This document shows, in pieces, positions 1 through 8,446 of a stretch of DNA of 32,767 nucleotides (the first letter of the stretch is position 1; each line of letters begins with the position of its first letter). The translations under genes and the position numbers were made by a program. The stretch is taken from assembly GCA_016188205.1 (NCBI GenBank), contig JACPIG010000020.1, positions 1 to 32,767 of the forward strand. The letters are read 5' to 3'. The notes under the pieces are model-generated. The model was not told where the DNA came from, did no database searches, and worked only from the letters and a program-made list of their open reading frames with translations. The DNA is from Candidatus Woesearchaeota archaeon (GTDB taxonomy: Archaea; Nanobdellota; Nanobdellia; Woesearchaeales; UBA10216).

Positions 1-1
1 A

Positions 2-802
2 GCAGAGGCTGCAGCGCTTATCTGGCTCGCTGTGCAGTACGAGCTTTCTGTAATTATTGCAGGCGGCACTGCCAGCGGAAAAACATCAATGCTTAACGTC
101 GTATCCAACTTCTTTCCGCCGAACCAGCGCATCATAACCATTGAGGACACTCATGAGCTTCAGCTGCCAAAATTCCTCCATTGGGTGCCTCTGCTTACAA
201 GGCTTCCGAACGTTGAGGGCAAGGGCGGCGTTTCAATGCTGGATCTCCTTGTCAACTCGCTGAGGATGAGGCCTGACCGCATAATAGTCGGCGAGATTAG
301 GAGAAAAAGGGAGGCAGAGGTTTTGTTTGAGGCAATCCACACAGGCCACAGCGTCTATGCGACCATACACGCAAACAGCGCGAAGGAAACCATAAACCGC
401 ATTGCCAACCCGCCGATAGAGATACCAAAAACGCTTATACCTTCCATTTCGCTTGTGCTTGTCCAGTACAGGAACAGGCGCACAGGGCTGAGGAGGACCT
501 TTCAGATAGCGGAGATTCTTCCTGACTGCACCCCCAACGTGCTTATGCAGCTTGATGTAAAAAGCGACAGGCTTGCGAAGTCCGGCGAATCAACAGCAGT
601 CATGGACAGCCTGCAGATGTACACGGGGATGAGCAGGAAGGAAATAATGGAGGATATTAGCGAGAAGGTGAAAGTGCTTAACTGGCTTGTCAGGCAGAAA
701 ATCAACCTTGTTGACGACGTCGGGGCGGTCATGGCAAGGTACTACACGGAAAAGGATGCTGTGATGAAGGCAGTAAGGGACAACAAGCCTCTTGGTGCCT
801 GA
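2..802 (+). CDS. Type IV pilus/archaellum-family secretion ATPase (PilB/FlaI/VirB11 superfamily), C-terminal part; 5' end lies outside the window
   Basis: The frame is open from base 2. Walker A GGTASGKT, Walker B-like DRIIVGEIR and the HTGHSVYATIHA box are typical of T2SS/T4P ATPases. Two T2SF-type membrane genes follow directly. Confidence 0.85.
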   Translation, partial: AEAAALIWLAVQYELSVIIAGGTASGKTSMLNVVSNFFPPNQRIITIEDTHELQLPKFLHWVPLLTRLPNVEGKGGVSMLDLLVNSLRMRPDRIIVGEIRRKREAEVLFEAIHTGHSVYATIHANSAKETINRIANPPIEIPKTLIPSISLVLVQYRNRRTGLRRTFQIAEILPDCTPNVLMQLDVKSDRLAKSGESTAVMDSLQMYTGMSRKEIMEDISEKVKVLNWLVRQKINLVDDVGAVMARYYTEKDAVMKAVRDNKPLGA

Positions 803-839
803 AGATGCAGATACAAGCTCGCAAGCTTTGGCTGCTGTG

Positions 840-858
840 CCCTTTGCTTTGCAAAGGG
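840..858 (+). other. Perfect 8-bp hairpin (CCCTTTGC-TTT-GCAAAGGG) in the ATPase/membrane-gene spacer
   Basis: Read directly from the sequence. Function unknown; possibly an intra-operon processing or attenuation signal. Confidence 0.4.
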
Positions 859-876
859 TTAATTAGGCTTTGAAAA

Positions 877-1692
877 ATGGCTGCTGCAATATTCAAAAGG
901 ATAAGCGACAACCTGCCAGGGCTCAGAATTAAGCTCCAGCAGGCTGGTTTTCTTGACGAGCCTGTTGAGTTTGTGCAGAAAACCGCAATGTCAGCATTCT
1001 ACATAACGACAGGCATAATGCTCGTTCTCGCCGCTGTTTTCGTGAAGATGAACGTGCTGAAGGGCATTCTTGTCTTTCTGTTTCCGTTGCTGTTCATAAT
1101 AACCTTCCTTTACTTTCTGAAGGCGCCTGAAGTCATAATTCTCAGGAAGGAGAGGGAGATTGAGAGGGAGCTGGTGTTTGCAGGAAGGTTTCTTGTGATA
1201 GAAATGGAATCCGGAGTGCCTATTTATGAGTCCATAAGGAACGTTGCAGGCAATTACGAGACAATAGGGAAGTATTTCAGGGAGATTATAGACAAGGTTG
1301 ACCTTGGCACGCCTCTGGAGGACGCCATAGCAGAGGAGATTGAGCTTACCCCTTCTGCGAATTTCAGGAAGCTGCTGTGGCAGGTCCTTAATTCCCTGAA
1401 GACAGGCTCTGACATATCAAGGTCAATAAACGCAACCATTGACCAGGTTGCAAGGGAGCAGATGATTGAAGTCCGTGAGTACGGAAGGAAGCTTAACCCG
1501 ATTGCGATGTTTTACATGATTATAGCTGTGATTATGCCGTCAATAGGCGTTGTCATGCTGATAATACTTGCGTCCTTCGTTTCGCTGAAGATTGACATTG
1601 CTGCGCTTCTTGCCGTCACCGGCTTTCTGGCTTTTCTCCAGTTCATGTTTTTGGCGATGATAAGGAGCCAGAGGCCTGCTGTGGAGATTTAA
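877..1692 (+). CDS. T2SF-domain pilus platform membrane protein (TadB/FlaJ-like), first of two
   Basis: 271 aa. N-terminal TM pair, a soluble helical domain (GRFLVIEMESGVPIYESIRNVAG) and C-terminal TM helices. Position immediately after the secretion ATPase. Confidence 0.7.
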   Translation: MAAAIFKRISDNLPGLRIKLQQAGFLDEPVEFVQKTAMSAFYITTGIMLVLAAVFVKMNVLKGILVFLFPLLFIITFLYFLKAPEVIILRKEREIERELVFAGRFLVIEMESGVPIYESIRNVAGNYETIGKYFREIIDKVDLGTPLEDAIAEEIELTPSANFRKLLWQVLNSLKTGSDISRSINATIDQVAREQMIEVREYGRKLNPIAMFYMIIAVIMPSIGVVMLIILASFVSLKIDIAALLAVTGFLAFLQFMFLAMIRSQRPAVEI

Positions 1693-1695
1693 AGA

Positions 1696-2805
1696 ATGTG
1701 GTTTCAAATGTTTGGAAGAAAAAAAGGCGAAAAGGGGCTTGCTGAGGAGAAGTTTGGGCACGGCCATCTGAAAAAGGAAGATGTAATGAGGAGGAAGAAG
1801 CTCTTTATGCAGCCAAAGCGGAGCAAAGGGCTGCTTAAGCATTACCTTGAGAAGGCAGGAGTGAATATTGAGGGGGAAAAAGTTTCAAGGCACATATTCA
1901 GGCTGGCTGTTTTCCTTAACCTTCTTCTTTCCGTATACCTGATTTACAGGTTTTCCACTGACCTTAAGATAGGCGTTGTTTACGTTACTCTTGTGATGGT
2001 TCTCATATGGGTTTTTGCGTTTGTCGCTATACTTTTCCTTGTCTGGCTTTTCCTGTTTATTATGCTTGACCTCAGGGTTTTCAAGAGGAGAATAGGCATA
2101 GAAGAGGTTCTTCCGGACTATTTGCAGCTTACATCCGGAAACATAAGGGCAGGCATGCCGGTTGACAGGGCTTTGTGGTATGCTGTCAGGCCAAGGTTTG
2201 GCGTGCTTGCAAACGAGATAGAAATGGTTGCCAAGGAGACTATGAGCGGCTCTGACCTTGACGCTGCGCTCAGGAGGTTTTCTGACAAGTATGACTCTGT
2301 TGTTCTTAAGAGGTCAATAAACCTTCTTATTGAGAGCTATAACGCCGGCGGAGAGGTTGGCGACATACTTAACAAGATTTCCAACAACATAAAGGAAAAT
2401 CAGCTAATGCGGAAGGAGCTCGCTGCCAACGTGACTACTTATGCAATATTCATAGGCTTTGCCACCATCATAGCTTCCCCTTTGCTGTTTGCACTTTCAG
2501 GCCAGCTTCTTGAGGTGATTGGCAGGATAATGTCCACGATTGACATAAAGGATGTTCAGCAGACTGCTGGACTGGGCTTCTCATTTGCGTTCTCAAAGCC
2601 AGGCGTCTCCCTGTCTGACTTCAGGATTTTCGCAGCCATAAGCCTTGCAGTGACGTCTTTCTTCTCCGCAGCGATTATTGCAACCATAAGAAAGGGCGAC
2701 TTGAGGAGCGGAGTAAAGTACTTCCCTGTATTCTTCGCAATAACCCTGATTCTTTACTTCACAAGCTCCTTTGCATTCTCGTATCTTCTGAAGGGGATGT
2801 TTTAG
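1696..2805 (+). CDS. T2SF-domain pilus platform membrane protein (TadC/FlaJ-like), second of two
   Basis: 369 aa with the same TM/soluble/TM layout (LPDYLQLTSGNIRAGMPVDRALWYAV). Only 3 nt separate it from the previous gene. Ends in TAG. Confidence 0.7.
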   Translation: MWFQMFGRKKGEKGLAEEKFGHGHLKKEDVMRRKKLFMQPKRSKGLLKHYLEKAGVNIEGEKVSRHIFRLAVFLNLLLSVYLIYRFSTDLKIGVVYVTLVMVLIWVFAFVAILFLVWLFLFIMLDLRVFKRRIGIEEVLPDYLQLTSGNIRAGMPVDRALWYAVRPRFGVLANEIEMVAKETMSGSDLDAALRRFSDKYDSVVLKRSINLLIESYNAGGEVGDILNKISNNIKENQLMRKELAANVTTYAIFIGFATIIASPLLFALSGQLLEVIGRIMSTIDIKDVQQTAGLGFSFAFSKPGVSLSDFRIFAAISLAVTSFFSAAIIATIRKGDLRSGVKYFPVFFAITLILYFTSSFAFSYLLKGMF

Positions 2806-2806
2806 A

Positions 2807-5389
2807 ATGATAAAATCAAAGGGTTTCACAATCCTCATTTTTTGGTTGCTTCTTTTATCTGTATTCTCCTATGGCACTGAAATGCCCATGGATATTCGAT
2901 CACAAAAAATAGTCGGTGTTGAATTAACTAACTCCTGGCAAGATTACGATATGGACTACCCATATGTTGCATTTAAATCAACATTTAATAATTCGCAAAC
3001 GATATATCTTTACAACATAGAAACTTCTTCTCTTAAGAAAATAGATGAACTCGTAATTGATTGGACTTCATATCAAGAAACAAAAAAAGAGTTAATTGGT
3101 CTTTCTTTTCCAAAAATTAAGAAAAACAAATTAATTTACCTGAGAGAATACAAAAACAAATCATCAGATTTGGTAATTGTTGACTCTAATAAAAATGAAA
3201 TCATTGAGATTATAAGGTTTCCATGGGAAATTCCAAATATAAAAGATTTCGACGAAAATAATCAAAAATATTTATTTAATGGAGATATTTTGATATGGTT
3301 AAGTGACGGCGGCAATACTTATTCCAACTTGTTCAATCCTGATGAAAAATTCATAGTCGGCAGAACATATCCTCGATTACAATTACAGGGAACAAAAATG
3401 TTCTGGAAAGGAGGAGAATGTGAAATGTACGACTTCGCGGGTAATTCAAAAATTTCGATTAAGAGCGGATGTAGAAGTGTCTATGGAGATGTTGCTCTTT
3501 TGGACAATTATGAACTATATAACTTCCGAGAGGATAAAATTGTCAACACTGATTTCAAGAACAAGGATTTAAGTGGTTGCGACAATCAGTTAATACTAAC
3601 AAAAGACGGTATATGGGGTTACAAAGCACCATATGGAGGAGGTTATATCTGTTATTACGATTTAAAAAGTAAATCACTCATAAAAAAGATTGACACCGTT
3701 TCGAGTAATATGAAGTTTTTCACAGCAGATGAAAATCACTCATTAATCGCTTATTTTCAATACCAAAAAGAGCCAACTGAGGAACAAGGGATTTATATTT
3801 ACACTATTGAACGGATGGATTCAGAAAAAATATGCCAAGAATTCAATAGTGAAAGTGACCAAGACACTCTCAAAATGAAAACTTTATGCGGTTTATCAAG
3901 TTCAGAATGTAATTGTAAAACAACTTTGAGTAATAACGGTCAAATCGTAGATGAAGCTTCGACAAGTTTCAGTTTGATTGATTTTGAAAAAGAAAATGCA
4001 ACGAAGAAGATAAACACTCAAAGCAATTCTATTTTGGACAGCTATAATGAAAAATTAGAAACAAAAAAACAACTTATCCAAAGACAAGCTGCCGCTAAAA
4101 TAGTTGCTGAATCTGAAAAAAGAAGAAATCAAACTATAAGCCTCGTATTTTTTATCGTTGTTGCAACAATCTCAGGAATTCTAATAGTGAAAAAAATAAA
4201 TGCGACTATTGTTGAAAGAAAAAGAAACAAACTTGATAAATTATTGAGTAAAATAATTGGGGAGCCGGGACTGGAAGTAATAGCTTTAATGAATGACGCG
4301 GAAAATAATTTTATTAAGAAAAATTATGACTTAAGTCTAATAAATGCTGAAGAAGCATTGAAAAAACATCAATTATCTAAAAAATCATCAAAATCCAGTA
4401 AAAACTTAGTGAAGCTTGAAGGTAAATGGATAACATTTAGCGAAAGCCAAAAAGCTAAGGGGCTTATAAGTTTTGAAGGAAAGTGGATTACTAAAGAAGA
4501 ATTAGAAGAAATTAAACGGAAAAGGTTTGAGAAGTTACAAATTTCTAAAGGACTTGAAAAATACCAAGGGAAATGGGGGTCTCCCAAACAAGTAAAAGAA
4601 TGGAAAGAAATAGATGTAGGAATACAAACTGATTTTCAGCATTTAAATCATTTCCAATTTGAACGTTTTGTATCGATTGTCTTTGAAAAAATGGGTTATC
4701 AAACATATGTTACTAGGAAAACGGGAGATTATGGAATCGATGTAGTTGCAAAAAAAGGCGATGAAATAATTGCGATTCAGGTAAAACAAAACGCTAAAGG
4801 CAACAATGTTGGGAATGTTATTGTTCAAAATGTATTAGGGTCTATGAGGAAGTTCAAAGCAGAAAAAGCAATCATAATTACAACTTCAGATTTTACTATT
4901 CAAGCCAAGGAGCAAGCAAGAGACGAACCCATAGAGCTATGGAATGGAAAGTATTTCAAAACCTTAGTTAGAAAATATTTGATTGATTCGGGATCTGAAA
5001 TAGCTTCAAAGGAAAAAGATGAAAATCCGGATTTAATTTATAAAGCATTAACCAAATTAAAAAATAATGGAGATAGAGATTCAGGCTTTATCACTTTTGA
5101 GATTGATAAAAATAGTTGGCTTCAATGTTTATTATCAGAAAATGGACTAACTTTATACATGCCTTATGAGTTTAGAATAGAGTCCATATTAGTTTCATTT
5201 GGATTCAGTAAAGTAAACAAACCTTATTCCGAATTAACTGAGAAAGAATACATTTCTGATGAAGAGGAAAGCCCAAAAATGATTTACGCCCATTGCAGGC
5301 ACAACGTTGATTTATGTTCTAATATTACTAAGAAAATATTTTTAAATAATGATAAAACTATAAAAATAGAGTATGAATTAAATGGATAA
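2807..5389 (+). CDS. Membrane-spanning protein: N-terminal signal/anchor, repeat-rich extracytoplasmic region, central TM helix, coiled coil, 3x GKW repeats, Mrr_cat-type PD-(D/E)xK nuclease domain, unknown C-terminal domain
   Basis: 860-aa ORF at ~30% GC versus ~45-50% in the flanks. Central TM helix LVFFIVVATISGILIV. The nuclease block FERFVSIVFEKMGYQTYVTRKTGDYGIDVVAKKGDEIIAIQVKQ...IIITTSDFTIQAKEQA...IELWNGKYF matches the Mrr catalytic-domain pattern. Confidence 0.75.
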   Translation: MIKSKGFTILIFWLLLLSVFSYGTEMPMDIRSQKIVGVELTNSWQDYDMDYPYVAFKSTFNNSQTIYLYNIETSSLKKIDELVIDWTSYQETKKELIGLSFPKIKKNKLIYLREYKNKSSDLVIVDSNKNEIIEIIRFPWEIPNIKDFDENNQKYLFNGDILIWLSDGGNTYSNLFNPDEKFIVGRTYPRLQLQGTKMFWKGGECEMYDFAGNSKISIKSGCRSVYGDVALLDNYELYNFREDKIVNTDFKNKDLSGCDNQLILTKDGIWGYKAPYGGGYICYYDLKSKSLIKKIDTVSSNMKFFTADENHSLIAYFQYQKEPTEEQGIYIYTIERMDSEKICQEFNSESDQDTLKMKTLCGLSSSECNCKTTLSNNGQIVDEASTSFSLIDFEKENATKKINTQSNSILDSYNEKLETKKQLIQRQAAAKIVAESEKRRNQTISLVFFIVVATISGILIVKKINATIVERKRNKLDKLLSKIIGEPGLEVIALMNDAENNFIKKNYDLSLINAEEALKKHQLSKKSSKSSKNLVKLEGKWITFSESQKAKGLISFEGKWITKEELEEIKRKRFEKLQISKGLEKYQGKWGSPKQVKEWKEIDVGIQTDFQHLNHFQFERFVSIVFEKMGYQTYVTRKTGDYGIDVVAKKGDEIIAIQVKQNAKGNNVGNVIVQNVLGSMRKFKAEKAIIITTSDFTIQAKEQARDEPIELWNGKYFKTLVRKYLIDSGSEIASKEKDENPDLIYKALTKLKNNGDRDSGFITFEIDKNSWLQCLLSENGLTLYMPYEFRIESILVSFGFSKVNKPYSELTEKEYISDEEESPKMIYAHCRHNVDLCSNITKKIFLNNDKTIKIEYELNG

Positions 5390-5487
5390 TTTTTCATCTC
5401 GTTTTATTCTTTGCCCACAAATTTTATAACCTGGAAAGAAATTAATCGCTCATCAGACATAACAAATAGCGCTTTGCGTGATTCGCC

Positions 5488-6333
5488 CTACTTCAGTATC
5501 TCATAGAACGCGTCAAATATGGGGGTGTCTGTAGTTACGACATGGAACCCTGACCTCAGGGCTATGCTTACCTTTTCAAGCTCGTGCATATGCGCCTCAA
5601 GCTTTTTTAGGTAGTCTGACTTGAGCTTGGGGCTTATGTACGTGTGCATGAGCTCGCTTGTTTCAAGGTCGCGAAGCTTGACGTCGCCGTCAATGGCAAG
5701 CTTCCTTTCTGATGGGTCAAGGACCTGTATCAGCTTGATTTCGTTGTTTCCGAGCATGCGCATGCCTTCCTTTATGTTTTCCGGGTCAAACAGGCAGTCT
5801 GATATTGCGATTATTATGGCTCTTGTTCCGAGCGCTTTCCTGTAGCTCGCCATTGCCTTTGCGAAATCTGATATTCCTGAGGGCTTTGTGGTGTTGAGCA
5901 CTTCCACCATGCCTGCCAAATGGCTCATGCCCCTTTTCGGCTGGAAGACCCTGAGAGCGTCGGAAAAAGTCGCATATTGAAACTTTTCGTTGCCGCGCAT
6001 CGCTATGTATGCGAACCCCGCGCCAAGCATTGATGCGTAGTCAAACTTCGTTGGCTTGCCGTAGTTCATGCTTGCGCTGCTGTCTATTATTATGTGCACG
6101 ACAAGGTTTCTTTCCTCCTCATACCTTTTGACATAAAGGTTGTCAGTTCGCGCGTACACCTTCCAGTCTATCAGCCTGAAGTCGTCCCCTTCTGCGTACA
6201 TCCTGTGGTCCTTTATCGTGGCTCCTCTTCCTGTCATTATGCTCGGCCTTGAGCCCGCATACTTGGACGTAACTCTTTTCCTCATTATCAGGTTAAACCT
6301 GTCCAGGCTTGACAAATACTCCGTTGTTATCAT
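5488..6333 (-). CDS. DUF58 family protein (vWA-like fold, MoxR partner)
   Basis: RGATIKDHRMYAEGDDFRLIDWKVYARTDNLYVKRYEEE and VHIIIDSSASM match the DUF58 signature. It lies downstream of moxR. Confidence 0.85.
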   Translation of the reverse strand: MITTEYLSSLDRFNLIMRKRVTSKYAGSRPSIMTGRGATIKDHRMYAEGDDFRLIDWKVYARTDNLYVKRYEEERNLVVHIIIDSSASMNYGKPTKFDYASMLGAGFAYIAMRGNEKFQYATFSDALRVFQPKRGMSHLAGMVEVLNTTKPSGISDFAKAMASYRKALGTRAIIIAISDCLFDPENIKEGMRMLGNNEIKLIQVLDPSERKLAIDGDVKLRDLETSELMHTYISPKLKSDYLKKLEAHMHELEKVSIALRSGFHVVTTDTPIFDAFYEILK

Positions 6334-6393
6334 TTTCTGTTGCCGTTTGTATGTATGTGTTTGTGTTGGTGCTTGTGTGTGTTTTCCTCTTAA

Positions 6394-6423
6394 GCGGAAC
6401 TCCAGTAGTCAGCCCGCTATTAT
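6394..6423. repeat. Copy 1 of a perfect 30-bp direct repeat GCGGAACTCCAGTAGTCAGCCCGCTATTAT
   Basis: Exact match to 6607..6636, read directly from the sequence. Confidence 0.95.
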
Positions 6424-6466
6424 ATTAAATCGCATTAATTTTCGAACTTTTGATATGCGATTTAAT
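6424..6466. repeat. Hairpin a: 12-bp perfect inverted repeat ATTAAATCGCAT / ATGCGATTTAAT with a 19-nt loop containing TTTTCGA
   Basis: Read directly. Related in stem and loop sequence to hairpin b. Confidence 0.9.
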
Positions 6467-6469
6467 GTT

Positions 6470-6513
6470 TAGCAATTCGCACAAGATTTTTCGATAATTT
6501 ATGCGAATTGCTA
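6470..6513. repeat. Hairpin b: 12-bp perfect inverted repeat TAGCAATTCGCA / TGCGAATTGCTA with a 20-nt loop containing TTTTCGA
   Basis: Read directly. It forms a tandem pair with hairpin a. Confidence 0.9.
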
Positions 6514-6606
6514 TTAATTAGTTTTTAAATAGTATTTTGCATCAGGGGATTAATGCAGGTTTTGTTGTTCTGGGTTTTTCCTAATGCTTCTTTCTCGTCT
6601 CTTTTG

Positions 6607-6636
6607 GCGGAACTCCAGTAGTCAGCCCGCTATTAT
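6607..6636. repeat. Copy 2 of the perfect 30-bp direct repeat
   Basis: Exact match to 6394..6423. It lies 30 nt downstream of the moxR stop. Confidence 0.95.
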
Positions 6637-6665
6637 TTTTAGTCTGTTATTCAAACATTTCTATA

Positions 6666-7607
6666 CTACTTTGTCTTCTCAATCAGCTGTGTTATCGCGT
6701 CATCGGTTGTCATTCCTTTTCTTTCTGCCTCAAAGTTCAGTATGACCCTGTGCCTCAGTATGGGGTATGCCATCTTTGCAATATCTTCAGACGCAACGTG
6801 ATTCCTTCCGTTTATCAGCGCCCTTGCCTTTGCCGCGAGTATCAGCCCGATTGTTGCTCTTGGTGATGCTCCGTACTGTATGAGGTCAAAGTTCCTTGTC
6901 TTCGTCACCAGCTTCAAAATCTTCTCTTTAAGGTCTGAAGCTATCGGCACCTGCCTCGCATATCCTTGCAGCGCGAGCAGCTGTGTTTTGTCAAGCACTA
7001 TCTTCAGCCTTCTGTCTTTCAGCTCTGCGCCGTATCTGTTGACTATTTCCATTTCTTCCTGGTAGGTTGGGTAGCCGATCTTTATTTTCAAAAGAAATCT
7101 GTCTGCCTGTGCCTCAGGTAACGGATACGTTCCTTCCTGCTCAATGGGGTTTTGTGTTGCAAGCACGAAGAACGGCGCGTCCAGCTTGTATGTTGAGTTT
7201 CCTACTGTGACCTGCTTTTCCTGCATCGCTTCAAGAAGGGCGGATTGGGTTTTTGGCGTTGCCCTGTTTATCTCGTCAGCCAGCACTATGTTGGCGAATA
7301 TTGGGCCGGGGTGGAAGCGGAACTCCCTTTTGCCGCTTATCTCCTCTATGACGTATGTGCCTATTATGTCAGAGGGCATCAGGTCTGGCGTGTTCTGTAT
7401 CCTGCTGAACTTCAGGTCCATTATCCTTGCTATCGTCCTGACCATCATTGTCTTGGCCAGCCCGGGGTAGCCTTCAAGCAGCACGTTGCTGTCGCACAGC
7501 AGCGACACAAGTATCTGCTCTATGGCTTCCTGCTGCCCGACTATTATCTTGCTTATCTCTGCCTGCACGTCCTCAAATGTCTTTTTGTAAGCCTGCATTT
7601 CCATCAC
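6666..7607 (-). CDS. moxR: MoxR-family AAA+ ATPase
   Basis: 313 aa. Walker A GYPGLAKT, Walker B LADEINRA, and the whole sequence is collinear with MoxR/RavA-type ATPases. DUF58 and vWA genes sit in the same operon. Confidence 0.9.
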   Translation of the reverse strand: MMEMQAYKKTFEDVQAEISKIIVGQQEAIEQILVSLLCDSNVLLEGYPGLAKTMMVRTIARIMDLKFSRIQNTPDLMPSDIIGTYVIEEISGKREFRFHPGPIFANIVLADEINRATPKTQSALLEAMQEKQVTVGNSTYKLDAPFFVLATQNPIEQEGTYPLPEAQADRFLLKIKIGYPTYQEEMEIVNRYGAELKDRRLKIVLDKTQLLALQGYARQVPIASDLKEKILKLVTKTRNFDLIQYGASPRATIGLILAAKARALINGRNHVASEDIAKMAYPILRHRVILNFEAERKGMTTDDAITQLIEKTK

Positions 7608-7629
7608 CTTTTTGTTTTGTGTTTTTGTT

Positions 7630-8445
7630 CTATGTTCCCTTGGCTATCGCTGTGAAGTAGTTTTTCACTATTTCCTGCTGCTCCCTCGGTATCTTTTCCT
7701 CGTAAGCGGCTGCTGAAACCGCGAATGCCTCTTTCGGCTCGCTGTCGGCAAACTCACTTTCCTCAGCGTCTTTTATCTGCCTTATGTTTATGGAGTCGCC
7801 TGCCGGCTTTATGACCAGTTTAAGTTCTTCTTCGCCGAGCTTTGCTATGCTTGGAGCGCCGAATATGTCGTCCTCGCTTGCCAGCTTCGCGCCCCCTTTT
7901 TTGCCGCCGCCTGCGCCGCCGGGTGTTGGCTCGCCTTTTCCCAGCTCAAAGCTCACGTTTATTTCTGTAGCTGCCTTCACTTTTTCCACTGCCGCGTCTA
8001 TGGGGTCAAGCTTTATTGACACTGGTGCGAGCAGAAGCACGAGGAAGCACAAAAGCGTTATTATGCCTGCTTTTGCAAATGATTTCCTGTCATCCAGGAA
8101 CTCTGCTTCCTCAACGTTTCTGAGTTCTGTCAGGACTTCCTGGTGAAGCTCGTTCACCACCGGGTTTTCCGCGTTTATGTACTCTGCTGAAGTCCTCAGC
8201 CTTTCGTTCAGCCTTGGGTAGTATTCCTCAACCTTTCTTATCTTGCTTATGCTTGCCCTTTTTGCAGTTTCAACTATGAGGTATGCCATGGTTATGGAAA
8301 ACGCGAGTATTGCAGGTATGTTGAATATTGAGAGCACAAGGTATGCTGCAAGGAAAACTATGAGGGCGTCAAGCATTACTGTGAATATTAGTGCCTTGTT
8401 AAGCCCTGCTCTGAGCTCCTTTAGCGCGGTTGCGAGTATTTTCAT
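7630..8445 (-). CDS. Membrane protein of the MoxR/vWA operon with a Gly-rich linker
   Basis: 271 aa. Three predicted TM helices and a PTPGGAGGGKKGGAKL tract. Tightly packed between neighbouring operon genes. Confidence 0.6.
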   Translation of the reverse strand: MKILATALKELRAGLNKALIFTVMLDALIVFLAAYLVLSIFNIPAILAFSITMAYLIVETAKRASISKIRKVEEYYPRLNERLRTSAEYINAENPVVNELHQEVLTELRNVEEAEFLDDRKSFAKAGIITLLCFLVLLLAPVSIKLDPIDAAVEKVKAATEINVSFELGKGEPTPGGAGGGKKGGAKLASEDDIFGAPSIAKLGEEELKLVIKPAGDSINIRQIKDAEESEFADSEPKEAFAVSAAAYEEKIPREQQEIVKNYFTAIAKGT

Positions 8446-8446
8446 T

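Noticed and set aside
6394-6636. Two identical 30-nt repeats might be a minimal CRISPR array.
   Set aside because: There are only two copies, the intervening segment of 183 nt is far longer than a spacer, it is itself built from hairpins, and no cas genes are present in the window.
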